This document shows positions 45,867 through 55,319 of a DNA stretch of 64,000 bases, piece by piece. Origin of the DNA: Alphaproteobacteria bacterium (GTDB lineage: Bacteria; Pseudomonadota; Alphaproteobacteria; SHVV01); NCBI GenBank assembly GCA_965261735.1, contig OZ253470.1:1664001-1728000 (forward strand), given 5' to 3'. The notes beneath the pieces are model-generated. The model ran no database searches. It saw nothing but the letters and a program-made list of their open reading frames with translations, and was not told the DNA's origin. The first letter of the stretch is position 1; every line of letters begins with the position of its first letter. Position numbers and translations under genes: made by a program.

Positions 45867-47579
45867 TTAGCGCTCGGTGAGCTTGAGCTCGATACGGCGG
45901 TTGCGGCGATAGGCGATCTCGTCGTCGCGGGGATCGAGCGGCTGAAACTCGGCGAAGCCGGCGGCGGCGATGCGCTCGGACGGAATGCCCTCGCTGATCA
46001 GGAAGCGGGTGACCGAGATCGCGCGCGCCGTCGACAGCTCCCAGTTGGACGGAAACTGGAAGGTGCTGATGGGTATCTTGTCGGTGTGGCCGTCGATGCG
46101 CAGGACCCAGGGAATGTCGGCGGGAATGCGGGCCGCGATCTCGAGCAGGGTCCGCGCCAGCGCGGCGAGCTGTATTTGTCCCTCGGCGCCGAGCTCGGCC
46201 GAGCCTGACGCGAACAGGACCTCGGACTGGAAGACGAAGCGGTCGCCGACGATGGTGATGTCGCGGCGCTCGCCGAGCACCTCGCGCAGCCGGCCGAAGA
46301 ACTCCGAGCGATAGCGCGACAGCTCCTCCACCTTTCGCGCGAGCGCGAGGTTCAGGCGGCGCCCGAGATCGACGATCGTGGACTTCTGCTCGGCATCGAG
46401 CGCTTCCGACACTTCGAGCGCGGCCTCGAGCCGCTGCAGCTGCTGGCGCAGGGTCTGGACCTGCTGGTTGAGGACGCTGATTTGGTCGTTGGCGCGCGCC
46501 GACAGGTCCCTCTCGGCGGCGAGATCGGCCTGCACCTCGGCGGCGCGCTCGCGCAACTCGGCGAGGCCGATCTCGCGCTCCTCGATGGTTTTTTGCGCGA
46601 GCAGGGTGCGCTCGCGCTCGTCGTCGAGCCGCGCCTCGAGCTCGGCCGAGCGGTCGCGCGCCGCCGCCGCGGCATCGCGGCTGTCGTCGAGAGCGCCGGC
46701 GAGCCGGCCGACCTCGGCCTCGAGATCGCGGCGGAGCAGGCGTAGGCTGTCGACGTCCGCCTTCAGGCTTACCAGCTCCCGCAACTGAAGCTCGACCGTC
46801 GCTTTGTCGGCCTCGATCGTGCGCTCGGCCTCCTTTAGGCTCTCTTCGAGCCGGGCGCGGATGTCGCGCAGCGCTGCCACGTCCTGCTTTAGCCGAGCGA
46901 GCTCGAGCACCTGCACCTCGATGGTTTCCCTGTCGGCGGTGATCGTGCGCTGAGCCTCGTTGAGGCTCTCCTCGAGCCTGTTGCGGAGGTCGCGGAGTTC
47001 GGCGACGTCGTTGCGCAGCCGCGCCAGGGTGCCGACCTGAAGCTCGATCGTCTCGCGATCGGCGGCGATGGTGCGCTGGGCTTCGCTCAAGCCGGCCTCG
47101 GCACCTTCGGCGCGGGCCGTCATGTCGTCGAGGTCGAGCACGAGTTCATCGAGGCGCAGCGACATTCGGACGCGCTCCGCCTCCTCGGCGGCGAGCTGTT
47201 CGCCCGCCTGGCTCAGCTTGGTCTCGGCGGTCTCGGCGCGCGCCGTCATTTGCCGGTACTCGAGCGACAGTTCGTCGAACCGGACCGTGAGCGCATCCCG
47301 GGCGACCGCCGAGTCCTGTAGGGAGGCCGAGAGCTGGGCGATGTTGAGCCGCATTTCGGTGTTGGCCTGACGCTCCAGCGAGAGCAGGTCGCCGAGCTCG
47401 CTCACCTGCCGGGTGAGCCGGGCCAGCGCCTCGTCGCGCCCCGACAGCGCCTGGCTCAAGAAGAACTGCGCCAGCATGAAGACGACCAACAGAAAGATGA
47501 TCGCCAGCAAAAGGGTGCTGAGGGCGTCGACGAAGCCCGGCCAGATATCGTTGCTGCGCTGGGTGCGGGCGCGCGCCAT
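45867..47579 (-). CDS. MotB/OmpA-like peptidoglycan-binding protein with a long coiled coil
   Basis: WPGFVDAL TM segment with Asp; DGHTD, NWELSTARA, NRRIE. Confidence 0.9.
   Translation of the reverse strand: MARARTQRSNDIWPGFVDALSTLLLAIIFLLVVFMLAQFFLSQALSGRDEALARLTRQVSELGDLLSLERQANTEMRLNIAQLSASLQDSAVARDALTVRFDELSLEYRQMTARAETAETKLSQAGEQLAAEEAERVRMSLRLDELVLDLDDMTARAEGAEAGLSEAQRTIAADRETIELQVGTLARLRNDVAELRDLRNRLEESLNEAQRTITADRETIEVQVLELARLKQDVAALRDIRARLEESLKEAERTIEADKATVELQLRELVSLKADVDSLRLLRRDLEAEVGRLAGALDDSRDAAAAARDRSAELEARLDDERERTLLAQKTIEEREIGLAELRERAAEVQADLAAERDLSARANDQISVLNQQVQTLRQQLQRLEAALEVSEALDAEQKSTIVDLGRRLNLALARKVEELSRYRSEFFGRLREVLGERRDITIVGDRFVFQSEVLFASGSAELGAEGQIQLAALARTLLEIAARIPADIPWVLRIDGHTDKIPISTFQFPSNWELSTARAISVTRFLISEGIPSERIAAAGFAEFQPLDPRDDEIAYRRNRRIELKLTER
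46713..47342 (-). repeat. five intragenic 126-bp (42-aa) coiled-coil repeats
   Basis: MTARAE at aa 111/153; LSQA/LSEAQRTI/LNEAQRTI/LKEAERTI at aa 122/164/206/248. Confidence 0.75.
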
Positions 47580-47600
47580 GGGGTCGGCCGCGCGTCGCGG

Positions 47601-48743
47601 CTAGTCGCGCCCCCCGGCGACGCCGGCGACGGTGCGGGCGAGCAGCCTGATCTCGCTGCGAATATCGTCCGCGAGTTGCACCCGGCCCTGCGCCGACTCC
47701 TCGAGCAGGCGCATGACGTAAACATCGAGGTTGCGCAGGTGGGCGCGGCTCGCATGATCGAGGCCGGCATCGGAGGCCCGCTCGGTCGCCTCGGCGAGCC
47801 GCTGCAGCACCGGCTTCACCTCCATTTGGGTCTCGACCAGCTTGACCATGAGATCCTGCTCGGCCCGCATTTGGTCGGTCAGGGTAGCTAGCCGGTCGGC
47901 GAGCGCCATCAACGTGGCGTTGGCCGACACGCGGCCATCCTCGCCCCGCGAGAGGGCGCGCTGCAGGTTCTCGACACTATCGGCGGTCTGTTCGAGCAGG
48001 GCGCTGATATAGGCCGGCACCGACTGATCGCCTTCGCCGATCGCGCCGCTCGACAACCGCGTGATGCTCGACAGCCATTCCTCGAGATCGTTGTAGAAAC
48101 GATTTTGCGCCTGACCGGCCTGGAGATCGAGGAACCCCAGGACCAGCGACCCGGAAAGCCCGAACAACGACGACGAAAAGGCGGTTCCCATTCCCGACAA
48201 CGGCGCCTCGAGCCCGCTCAGCAGGTTGGCGAATAGGGTCTCGAAGTCGCCGGCCCCGACCGACAGGTCGCCGATCGTCGCACTGACCGCTGCCACGGTC
48301 TCGAGCAGACCCCAAAACGTGCCGAGCAGCCCGAGGAAGATGAGCAGGCCGATGAGGTAGCGCGAAATATCGCGCGCTTCGTCGAGGCGCGAGCTGATGC
48401 TGTCGAGCAGGCTGCGCAGCGACTGGGCCGACAACGACATGCGCGCGCCGCCGCGCTCGCCGAGCATGGACGCCATTGGCGCCACCAGCACCGGCGGCTG
48501 CTGTATCGAGAGCCCGGGCTCGTTGCGGCGGTACGTTTCGATCCACTCGACTTCGGGCCGGAGCTTGAGGACCTGACGGAAGGCATAGGCGATGCCGAGC
48601 ACCATGACGCCAAGGATCACGCCGTTGAGCTCCGGACGGGCGAGAAACGCCCGCTCCAGCGACTGGTAAAGGACGGCCGCCAGGATCACCACCGCGACGA
48701 CGAACACGATCATGCGTGTGAGATATCGCTGCGGTTGCGTCAT
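47601..48743 (-). CDS. MotA/TolQ/ExbB proton channel family protein
   Basis: LGLLGTFWGL, GMGTAFSSSLFGL. Confidence 0.9.
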   Translation of the reverse strand: MTQPQRYLTRMIVFVVAVVILAAVLYQSLERAFLARPELNGVILGVMVLGIAYAFRQVLKLRPEVEWIETYRRNEPGLSIQQPPVLVAPMASMLGERGGARMSLSAQSLRSLLDSISSRLDEARDISRYLIGLLIFLGLLGTFWGLLETVAAVSATIGDLSVGAGDFETLFANLLSGLEAPLSGMGTAFSSSLFGLSGSLVLGFLDLQAGQAQNRFYNDLEEWLSSITRLSSGAIGEGDQSVPAYISALLEQTADSVENLQRALSRGEDGRVSANATLMALADRLATLTDQMRAEQDLMVKLVETQMEVKPVLQRLAEATERASDAGLDHASRAHLRNLDVYVMRLLEESAQGRVQLADDIRSEIRLLARTVAGVAGGRD

Positions 48744-48809
48744 CGCCCTGTCTCTACGCCGGCGCGAGCGGCGTTGCCATGGGAGCCGGGTCGCACGCGG
48801 CGTGCGTTC

Positions 48810-49940
48810 TTACTTGGAGAGGTAGACGACGTCCACCCGCTCCTGCGGGCCGTCGTCGTTCGCGGCACCGAGAGCCCGGACATCGATGCGCGTGCTCTTT
48901 ACGCCTCGCTCGATGAGGAAGGTGCGCACCGCGAGGGCGCGCTGCAGGGACAACCGTCGTGTCGCGCTGACCGCCCCGCCTGACGTTCCGGCGAAGGCCT
49001 TGAGCTGAAGGCGGCCGCTATCGGCGCCCATGCGCCCGGCAAGGTCGGTCAGATTATTTTTGGCGGCAACGCTGATATCGGTCTCGGCGCCGCTGAAGGT
49101 GACCTGCAAAGCAACGCGGTCGGGAATGAGCTGGGCCGACGGAGTCCGCGCCGCCACCGCGACCGGCGCGCTTGGCGGTGGCGACTTGGCGGCGGGTGGC
49201 GTGACGCTCGGCGGCGGCGGCGGCGGCGCGACGGGCTTCGGGGTCGGTGCCGCGACCAATGGCGCGCGCACGATCTTGGGGCGCGGTGCGGGCGGCGGCG
49301 CGGCGCGCTTGGTGGTCGCCGGCGTCACGGCCGGGGGCGGGCTGAGCGCGGCCGTGGCCACCACGGGCTTCGGCGCGGCGGGCGCCCGCGCCTCGGGCGC
49401 CGGCTGTACTGCCGGTGCCACCACCGCAGCGGCCGTTCTGCGCGGCTCCGGCGCCATCTCACCGCTCGCAACCTCGGCGGGGAACAACACGGCGGGGACG
49501 CGCGGCACGGGTGGGCGCGCCGGCGTCGCCTCGGGTGTTGCCGATTTCTCTTCGGCCGGAGGCGCCGGCGAATCGGTCGTCGGTGTGCGCGTTGTCGGGG
49601 GTCGACGCTTGGCGGCGCCAGGTTGTGGCCGCGGTTGCGGCGCGACCTCGGGATAGCGGGGGCCGCCGCTCGGTAGGGTCTGCACGCGGATACGGGGTCG
49701 GCCGGGCGTCGCTTCCGCCGGCGCTAGCGCGGTCACGTCGACCTCCACCGCCGGGAGCCCACTCCCCCCAACAAAGACGGTGCCGTCCGTCGCGCTCGTC
49801 CGGTTAGTCGCAGAGACGGTTTCCTGGGCGTTGGCCGGGCTCGGAGCGACAGCCATCAGCGTCGCCGCAGCTGCGCCGAACAGGGTCGCACAGGGCCGGC
49901 CAAACCAGCCCCAGCGGAGCCGCGCTATCCTCAACGGCAC
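48810..49940 (-). CDS. OmpA-like C-terminal domain protein with Pro/Ala-rich linker
   Basis: RRLSLQRALAVRTFLIERGV..RIDVRALG...ERVDV; start uncertain. Confidence 0.8.
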   Translation of the reverse strand: MPLRIARLRWGWFGRPCATLFGAAAATLMAVAPSPANAQETVSATNRTSATDGTVFVGGSGLPAVEVDVTALAPAEATPGRPRIRVQTLPSGGPRYPEVAPQPRPQPGAAKRRPPTTRTPTTDSPAPPAEEKSATPEATPARPPVPRVPAVLFPAEVASGEMAPEPRRTAAAVVAPAVQPAPEARAPAAPKPVVATAALSPPPAVTPATTKRAAPPPAPRPKIVRAPLVAAPTPKPVAPPPPPPSVTPPAAKSPPPSAPVAVAARTPSAQLIPDRVALQVTFSGAETDISVAAKNNLTDLAGRMGADSGRLQLKAFAGTSGGAVSATRRLSLQRALAVRTFLIERGVKSTRIDVRALGAANDDGPQERVDVVYLSK

Positions 49941-50025
49941 ATTCCTCGCCTTTTTGGACGCCCACACGCTCCAGCAAAATAGCTTAGGGACCATCCCAGG
50001 ACAACCGGTTTGGCTGGCGAAACCC

Positions 50026-50826
50026 TTACTGCGAGGGCGTTGCGGCGCGCAGCAGTTCACCCAGCGGCGCCACGAGGCTGTCGTTGGCGGCCAGGATATC
50101 GCCGCTCGCGAGCATGGCGTCACCGCCGCTCGTCTCGCTGACATAGCCGCCGGCCTCGCGGACGATCACGATGCCGGCGGCGATGTCCCAGGGGTTGAGA
50201 TTGGTTTCCCAGAAACCGTCGTAGCGCCCGGCGCCGACGTAGGCGAGGTCGAGGGCCGCCGCGCCAAAGCGCCGCAGGCCCGCGGCGCCCGCCATGACCG
50301 CCTCGAGCCGGGCCAGGAACGCGTCGTGCTCGGGGCGGCCGAGATGGGGAATGCCGGTCGCGAAGACCGCCTCTTCGAGGCGCCGGCGCGCCGAGACGCG
50401 CAGGCGCCGACCGTTGAGGTACGCGCCCGCTCCGCGCTCGGCCCAGAACAGCTCGTCGCGCAGCGGATCGAACACCGTGCCCGCGACCAGCTCGCCGTCG
50501 CGCTCGAGGGCGATCGACAGGCAGAAGTGGGGGATGCCGTGCAGGTAGTTGGTGGTGCCGTCGAGGGGATCGATGAGCCAACGGTGGCGCCCGTCACCGG
50601 CGATCTCGCCGCGCTTCTCGCAGAGAAAGCCGTAGCCCGGCCGGGCGCGCTCCAACTCGCGCAGCAGCACCTGCTCGGAGCGCCGATCGGCGGCGGTGAC
50701 GAAATCGGCTGGGCCTTTGAGCGATACCTGGAGTTGCTCGACCTCGCCGAAATCCCGGATCAGGCCGCGCGCCGCCTTCGTCGCGGCGCCCGCCATGACG
50801 TTGATGAGCGCCGACCTCAAGGCCAT
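50026..50826 (-). CDS. suhB: inositol monophosphatase
   Basis: DFVTAAD, IDPLDGTTN, RRFGAAALDL, WDIAAG. Confidence 0.94.
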   Translation of the reverse strand: MALRSALINVMAGAATKAARGLIRDFGEVEQLQVSLKGPADFVTAADRRSEQVLLRELERARPGYGFLCEKRGEIAGDGRHRWLIDPLDGTTNYLHGIPHFCLSIALERDGELVAGTVFDPLRDELFWAERGAGAYLNGRRLRVSARRRLEEAVFATGIPHLGRPEHDAFLARLEAVMAGAAGLRRFGAAALDLAYVGAGRYDGFWETNLNPWDIAAGIVIVREAGGYVSETSGGDAMLASGDILAANDSLVAPLGELLRAATPSQ

Positions 50827-50846
50827 GATGCGCCCAGCACCCTGGC

Positions 50847-51413
50847 TCAGGCGTCGGCGCGCTTGGCGTAGGTGGCGTCGGCGGTGTTGACGACGACGCG
50901 GTCGCCCGCGGCAATGAACGGCGGCACCATGACGCGCACGCCGTTCTCGAGCAGCGCCGGCTTGTAGGAGGCGGCCGCCGTTTGACCCTTGACCACCGGC
51001 TCGGTCTCGGTCACCGCCATGACCACCGTGTCGGGAAGCTGAACCCCGAGCGGCTCGCCCTCGTAGCCCTCGACGGTAACGATCATGCTGTCCTGCAGGA
51101 ACGCGGCGGCCTCGCCGATGAGATCGCTCGACAGCGTAATCTGCTCGTAGGTCTCGGTGTCCATGAAGCTCAACATGTCGCCATCGGCATAGAGAAACTG
51201 GTGCGACTTCTGATCGAGGCGCACGCGCTCGACGTCCTCCGAGGCCCGGAAGCGCTCGTTGAGCTTGCTCCCGTCGCGCACGTTCCTGAGCTCGACCTGC
51301 AGGTAGGCGCCGCCCTTGCCGGGCTGAGTATGCTGAATCTTGACCGCCACCCAGAGCTTGTTCTGGTGCTCGATCACCATGCCGGGACGAACGGCGTTGC
51401 CGCTGATCTTCAT
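50847..51413 (-). CDS. efp: elongation factor P
   Basis: [27 protein letters not shown]. Confidence 0.96.
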   Translation of the reverse strand: MKISGNAVRPGMVIEHQNKLWVAVKIQHTQPGKGGAYLQVELRNVRDGSKLNERFRASEDVERVRLDQKSHQFLYADGDMLSFMDTETYEQITLSSDLIGEAAAFLQDSMIVTVEGYEGEPLGVQLPDTVVMAVTETEPVVKGQTAAASYKPALLENGVRVMVPPFIAAGDRVVVNTADATYAKRADA

Positions 51414-51634
51414 GGGCGTCACATCACGGAGATTTGGTTTGGTTACCGGGGTTTCGGCGCGCCGAGCGCCATTTCCAGCGTGTTGACAACGGCTCGGCAG
51501 ACGCGGCGCGGATTCTATCACCTCACCCGGGGCGAATCAAACGCGGCGCTTGCCGGGCGCCCGCATTCGACGCTAGAACATCCGGCTGGAGCGGGCCCCA
51601 CGGCGGGCGCCCGGCCCCTGGAGGGGAGGAAGGC

Positions 51635-51994
51635 ATGACCATTGAGCGTCTCGAGCCGCGCCTCGGCGCGGGTCCACACATGAGCCGCATCGTCGTGCAC
51701 GGCGACACGATTTATCTTGCCGGCCAGGTCGCGCAGGACCGCTCGGTCGGCGTGCGCGAGCAGACCGAGCAGATCCTCGCCAACATCGACCGCCAGCTGG
51801 CTACGGTCGGCAGCTCGCATTCCAAGGTGCTGTCGGCCGTCATCTGGCTCACCGATATGTCGAAGTTCGAGGAGCTGAACGAGGCCTGGAACGCGTGGGT
51901 CGATCCCGGCAACCTGCCGGTCCGCGCCTGCGTCAACGCCCAGCTCGCGCACCCCGACCCCAAGGTCGAGATCATGGTTATCGCCGCCAAGTAG
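51635..51994 (+). CDS. RidA/YjgF family protein
   Basis: YLAGQV, NEAWNAW, PVRACV, VEIMVIA. Confidence 0.92.
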   Translation: MTIERLEPRLGAGPHMSRIVVHGDTIYLAGQVAQDRSVGVREQTEQILANIDRQLATVGSSHSKVLSAVIWLTDMSKFEELNEAWNAWVDPGNLPVRACVNAQLAHPDPKVEIMVIAAK

Positions 51995-52009
51995 CGGCGG
52001 CGCGGTCGT

Positions 52010-52684
52010 TCAGTCGCGCTCGGCGAGCGCCTCCTCGATCGCCGCGGTGAAGGCGGCGACGGCGGCCGCGGGTCCTTCGCGGTGCTCCCACACGGCGCCG
52101 ATCACGGCGAGGAAATCAGCGCCTGCGACGACCAGCGGCCGGCAGTTGGCGGGCGTAATGCCGCCGATGGCGACGCACGGTATTACCGTCGCCTCGCTCC
52201 ACCGGCGCAGGAGCTCCGGCGTGGCTCGTGTCGCCGGCTCTTTGCTGGTGCTCCCGTAAAAGGCGCCGAAGGCCACGTAGTCGGCGCCAGCTTCGCCTGC
52301 CTCCATGGCGAGGTGGAGCGAGTCGTGGCAGGTCACGCCGACGATCCCGTCGGCGCCGACCGCGGCCCGCGCCGCGGCGACATCCGCGTCCTCCTGGCCG
52401 ATATGGACGCCGTCGGCGCCGGTTGCCGCCGCGAGATCGGGCCGGTCGTTGATCAGGAGGGCGACATCGCGTTCGTGGCAGGCCGGGCGTAGCAAGTCGG
52501 CCGCCCGGCGAACCTCGTCGTCGGCCGCCCCCTTGAGCCGGAGCTGCACGCAGGCGACGTCATCGGCGTCGAGCGCTTCGCGCAGCGTCTCGGCGAAGAC
52601 CGCGGGCTCGAACGCCGGCGGCGTAATCAGGTAGAGCCGGCAGGCGGGCACGTCCTCGTCAGGTCCCGCCGGCCGACGCGCCAT
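52010..52684 (-). CDS. thiE: thiamine phosphate synthase
   Basis: VQLRLK, LINDRPD, GVHIGQED, AIGGIT. Confidence 0.93.
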   Translation of the reverse strand: MARRPAGPDEDVPACRLYLITPPAFEPAVFAETLREALDADDVACVQLRLKGAADDEVRRAADLLRPACHERDVALLINDRPDLAAATGADGVHIGQEDADVAAARAAVGADGIVGVTCHDSLHLAMEAGEAGADYVAFGAFYGSTSKEPATRATPELLRRWSEATVIPCVAIGGITPANCRPLVVAGADFLAVIGAVWEHREGPAAAVAAFTAAIEEALAERD

Positions 52685-52691
52685 GCCGGCC

Positions 52692-53723
52692 TCACGCGGC
52701 GGCGAGCTCATCCTCCATGCCTGGCTCGTAGCGGCCGTAGCGCGCGGCGCCATTGAGCTTGGCGCGATGCCGTAACGCCGCCTGCGCCGCCGCGACGTTG
52801 GCCGCGTCGCCGCGCCAGGCGGCGAGCACCGACGCCTGCAGCGCCCGCCCGTAGGAGAAGCTGAGCTGCCACGGCAGGTTGTCGGCGGCCGTGTTCATGG
52901 CGTTGAGATGGCGCGTGGCCTCCGCCTCGCTTTGGCCGCCGGACAGGAAGACGATGCCGGGCACCGCCGCCGGAACGACGCGCAGGAAAGTCGAAACGGT
53001 GGCCGCGGCGACCTCCTCGACGCCCGCCTTTAGTGGCGCGCCGGCCCCGGAGGTGATCATGTTGGGCTTGAGGAGCATACCCTCGAGAGCGACGCGGTGG
53101 ACGAAGAGCGCATCGAAAACGGCCTGCAGTGTGGCCGCGGTGATGTCGCGCGAGCGCCCGATGTCGTGGTCGCCATCCATCAGCACCTCGGGCTCGACGA
53201 TCGGCACCAGCCCGGCTTCCTGCGACAGCGCGGCGTAACGGGCCAGCGCATGGGCGTTGGCGTCGATGCAGTAGGCGCTCGGGATGCCGGCTCCGATCGT
53301 GATGACCGCGCGCCATTTGGTAAAGCGGCCACCGAGATCGCGATACTCAGCCAGTCGATCGCGCAGCCCGTCGAGCCCCTCGGTCATCTTTTCACCGGGC
53401 GCGCCGGCGAGGTCCTTGGCCCCCTTGTCGACCTTGATGCCGGGTAGGATGCCCTTGGCCGAGAGCAGCTCGGGGAACGGCGTCCCGTCGGAGGCCTTCT
53501 GGCGGATGGTCTCGTCGTACAGGATGACGCCGCTGATCTGCGCCTCGACACCCGGCGCCGTAAAGAGCAGTTCGCGGTAGGCGCGCCGGTTGTCCTCGGT
53601 CGAGGGAACGTCGATCCCGGCCAGCCGTTTCTCGATCGTGCCGGTGCTCTCGTCGGCGGCGAGGATGCCCTTGCCCTCAGCTACCAACGCGCGTGCCGTC
53701 GAGTCAAGCCCTTGAGCCGTCAT
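52692..53723 (-). CDS. fba: class I fructose-bisphosphate aldolase
   Basis: GILAADES, GIKVDKG, PIVEPEV, LLKPNM, FLSGGQ, SFSYGRALQ. Confidence 0.95.
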   Translation of the reverse strand: MTAQGLDSTARALVAEGKGILAADESTGTIEKRLAGIDVPSTEDNRRAYRELLFTAPGVEAQISGVILYDETIRQKASDGTPFPELLSAKGILPGIKVDKGAKDLAGAPGEKMTEGLDGLRDRLAEYRDLGGRFTKWRAVITIGAGIPSAYCIDANAHALARYAALSQEAGLVPIVEPEVLMDGDHDIGRSRDITAATLQAVFDALFVHRVALEGMLLKPNMITSGAGAPLKAGVEEVAAATVSTFLRVVPAAVPGIVFLSGGQSEAEATRHLNAMNTAADNLPWQLSFSYGRALQASVLAAWRGDAANVAAAQAALRHRAKLNGAARYGRYEPGMEDELAAA

Positions 53724-53801
53724 GATCGGACCTCCCTTCGCTCGGCCGGTGGCGCGAACGCGAGCCTCCTCCATATCGCAGCGCGCAGGGCCATTGCAAC
53801 G

Positions 53802-54308
53802 TCAAGTCGCAACGTGGGTGCTGCGCCGGCGGCTCCGCTGGAGCCACGCCGTGCAGGCGGCCCGCGCATCGCCGTGGTCGAGGAGGTCGAGGGCCCGCGC
53901 CGCGCGGGTATACAGGCGCGCGCCCGCGCTTTCGGCTGCTCCCGCAACCTGCTGCCGTGGCCCCGGCCGGCCGGTGAACAGCAGGTCGCGCCAGCCGGCG
54001 CGCAGTGCGGCATAAGCGATCGCGGAATCGTCGCCGCAGTCGAGGACGACCGCGTCGATGGCGCCGGCTTGCGGCCACTCGGCGAGCGCCGCCTCGACGA
54101 GCTGGCCCAGATACAGGGGCCCCGCGTAGGCGTGCGCGCCCGGCGCGGTGAGTAACGTCGCCGTGGTGCCGAGGGCGGCCGCGGCCGCCGCCGCGGCGCG
54201 CGCGTGGGCGACAGTGTGAAAGACGATGGGACGGCCCGCGAGGAGGCGGTGCCGGTCGGCCGGCGCAGCCGGCGCCTTCTGTGGTCGAGGGGCGGCGCGC
54301 CTAGCCAA
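53802..54308 (-). CDS. hypothetical Ala-rich protein between gap and fba
   Basis: TLLTAPGAHAYAG, VLDCGDD..AALRAG; co-oriented in the operon; start uncertain. Confidence 0.6.
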   Translation of the reverse strand: MARRAAPRPQKAPAAPADRHRLLAGRPIVFHTVAHARAAAAAAAALGTTATLLTAPGAHAYAGPLYLGQLVEAALAEWPQAGAIDAVVLDCGDDSAIAYAALRAGWRDLLFTGRPGPRQQVAGAAESAGARLYTRAARALDLLDHGDARAACTAWLQRSRRRSTHVAT

Positions 54309-55308
54309 GCTTCCCGACGGCGACGGCGACGTCGACCATGCGGTTGGCGAAGCCCCACTCGTTGTCGTACCACGACACCACCCGGCACAGGCGGCCGACG
54401 ACGACATGCGTCTGCGTGAGATCGAAGATCGAGCTTGCGGGGTTGTGGTTGAAGTCGACCGAGACCAGGGGCTCGTCGTTGGTAACGAGGATGCCCTTGA
54501 GGCGGCCGCGGGCGGCGCGCACGATCGCCGCGTTGATCTCCTCGACGCTGGTCTTGCGCTTGGCGGTGAAGGCGAAGTCGACGAGCGAGACGTTGGCGGT
54601 CGGCACCCGCACCGCGGTGCCGTCCAGGAGGCCGGCGAGCTCCGGTAGTACCAAGCCGACGGCGCGCGCCGCCCCGGTCGAGGTCGGGATCATCGACTGC
54701 GCCGCACCGCGCGCCCTCCTGAGATCGCCGTGCAGCGTGTCGAGCACCGGCTGATCGCCGGTATAGGAGTGAATCGTAGTCATGAAGCCCTGGGCGATGC
54801 CGACCGCCTGGTTGAGCACGTGGGCCACGGGCACGAGACAGTTGGTGGTGCAGGAGCCGTTCGAGATCACGCGCTGCGACTTGCGCAGCTTGCCGTGATT
54901 GACGCCGTGGACGACGGTGAGGTCGGCGTCGGCGACTGGAGCGGAAACGAGAACCCGCTTGGCGCCTGCCGCGAGGTGCTGGGCCGCGGCCTCGCGCTTG
55001 GTGAAGAGGCCCGTGCACTCGAGGGCGACGTCCACGCCGAGCGTGCGCCACGGCAGCTTCCCCGGATCGCGCTCGGCCGTCACCTTGATCGCGCCGGTAC
55101 CGAGGTCGATGGCGTCCTTGCGGGCCTTCACCGTCCCCCGGAAGGGGCCATGGCTGGAGTCGTGGCGCAGCAGGTGGGCGTTGGTCGCGACCGGACCGAG
55201 ATCGTTGATGGCAACGACCTTGAAGTCGCGGCGCCGCGCTTCGTGGCCGGCGCGCACCACGAGCCTGCCGATGCGCCCGAAGCCGTTGATTGCGACCCTA
55301 GTCACCAT
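54301..55308 (-). CDS. gap: glyceraldehyde-3-phosphate dehydrogenase
   Basis: INGFGRIGR, SCTTNCL, SWYDNEWGF. Confidence 0.96.
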   Translation of the reverse strand: MVTRVAINGFGRIGRLVVRAGHEARRRDFKVVAINDLGPVATNAHLLRHDSSHGPFRGTVKARKDAIDLGTGAIKVTAERDPGKLPWRTLGVDVALECTGLFTKREAAAQHLAAGAKRVLVSAPVADADLTVVHGVNHGKLRKSQRVISNGSCTTNCLVPVAHVLNQAVGIAQGFMTTIHSYTGDQPVLDTLHGDLRRARGAAQSMIPTSTGAARAVGLVLPELAGLLDGTAVRVPTANVSLVDFAFTAKRKTSVEEINAAIVRAARGRLKGILVTNDEPLVSVDFNHNPASSIFDLTQTHVVVGRLCRVVSWYDNEWGFANRMVDVAVAVGKLG

Positions 55309-55319
55309 GTCCCCCTCCG

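Noticed and set aside
45867-48743. Zorya ZorAB defence system
   Set aside because: Core-genome context and GC, no zorC/D/E; DUF429 is the only nuclease-like neighbour
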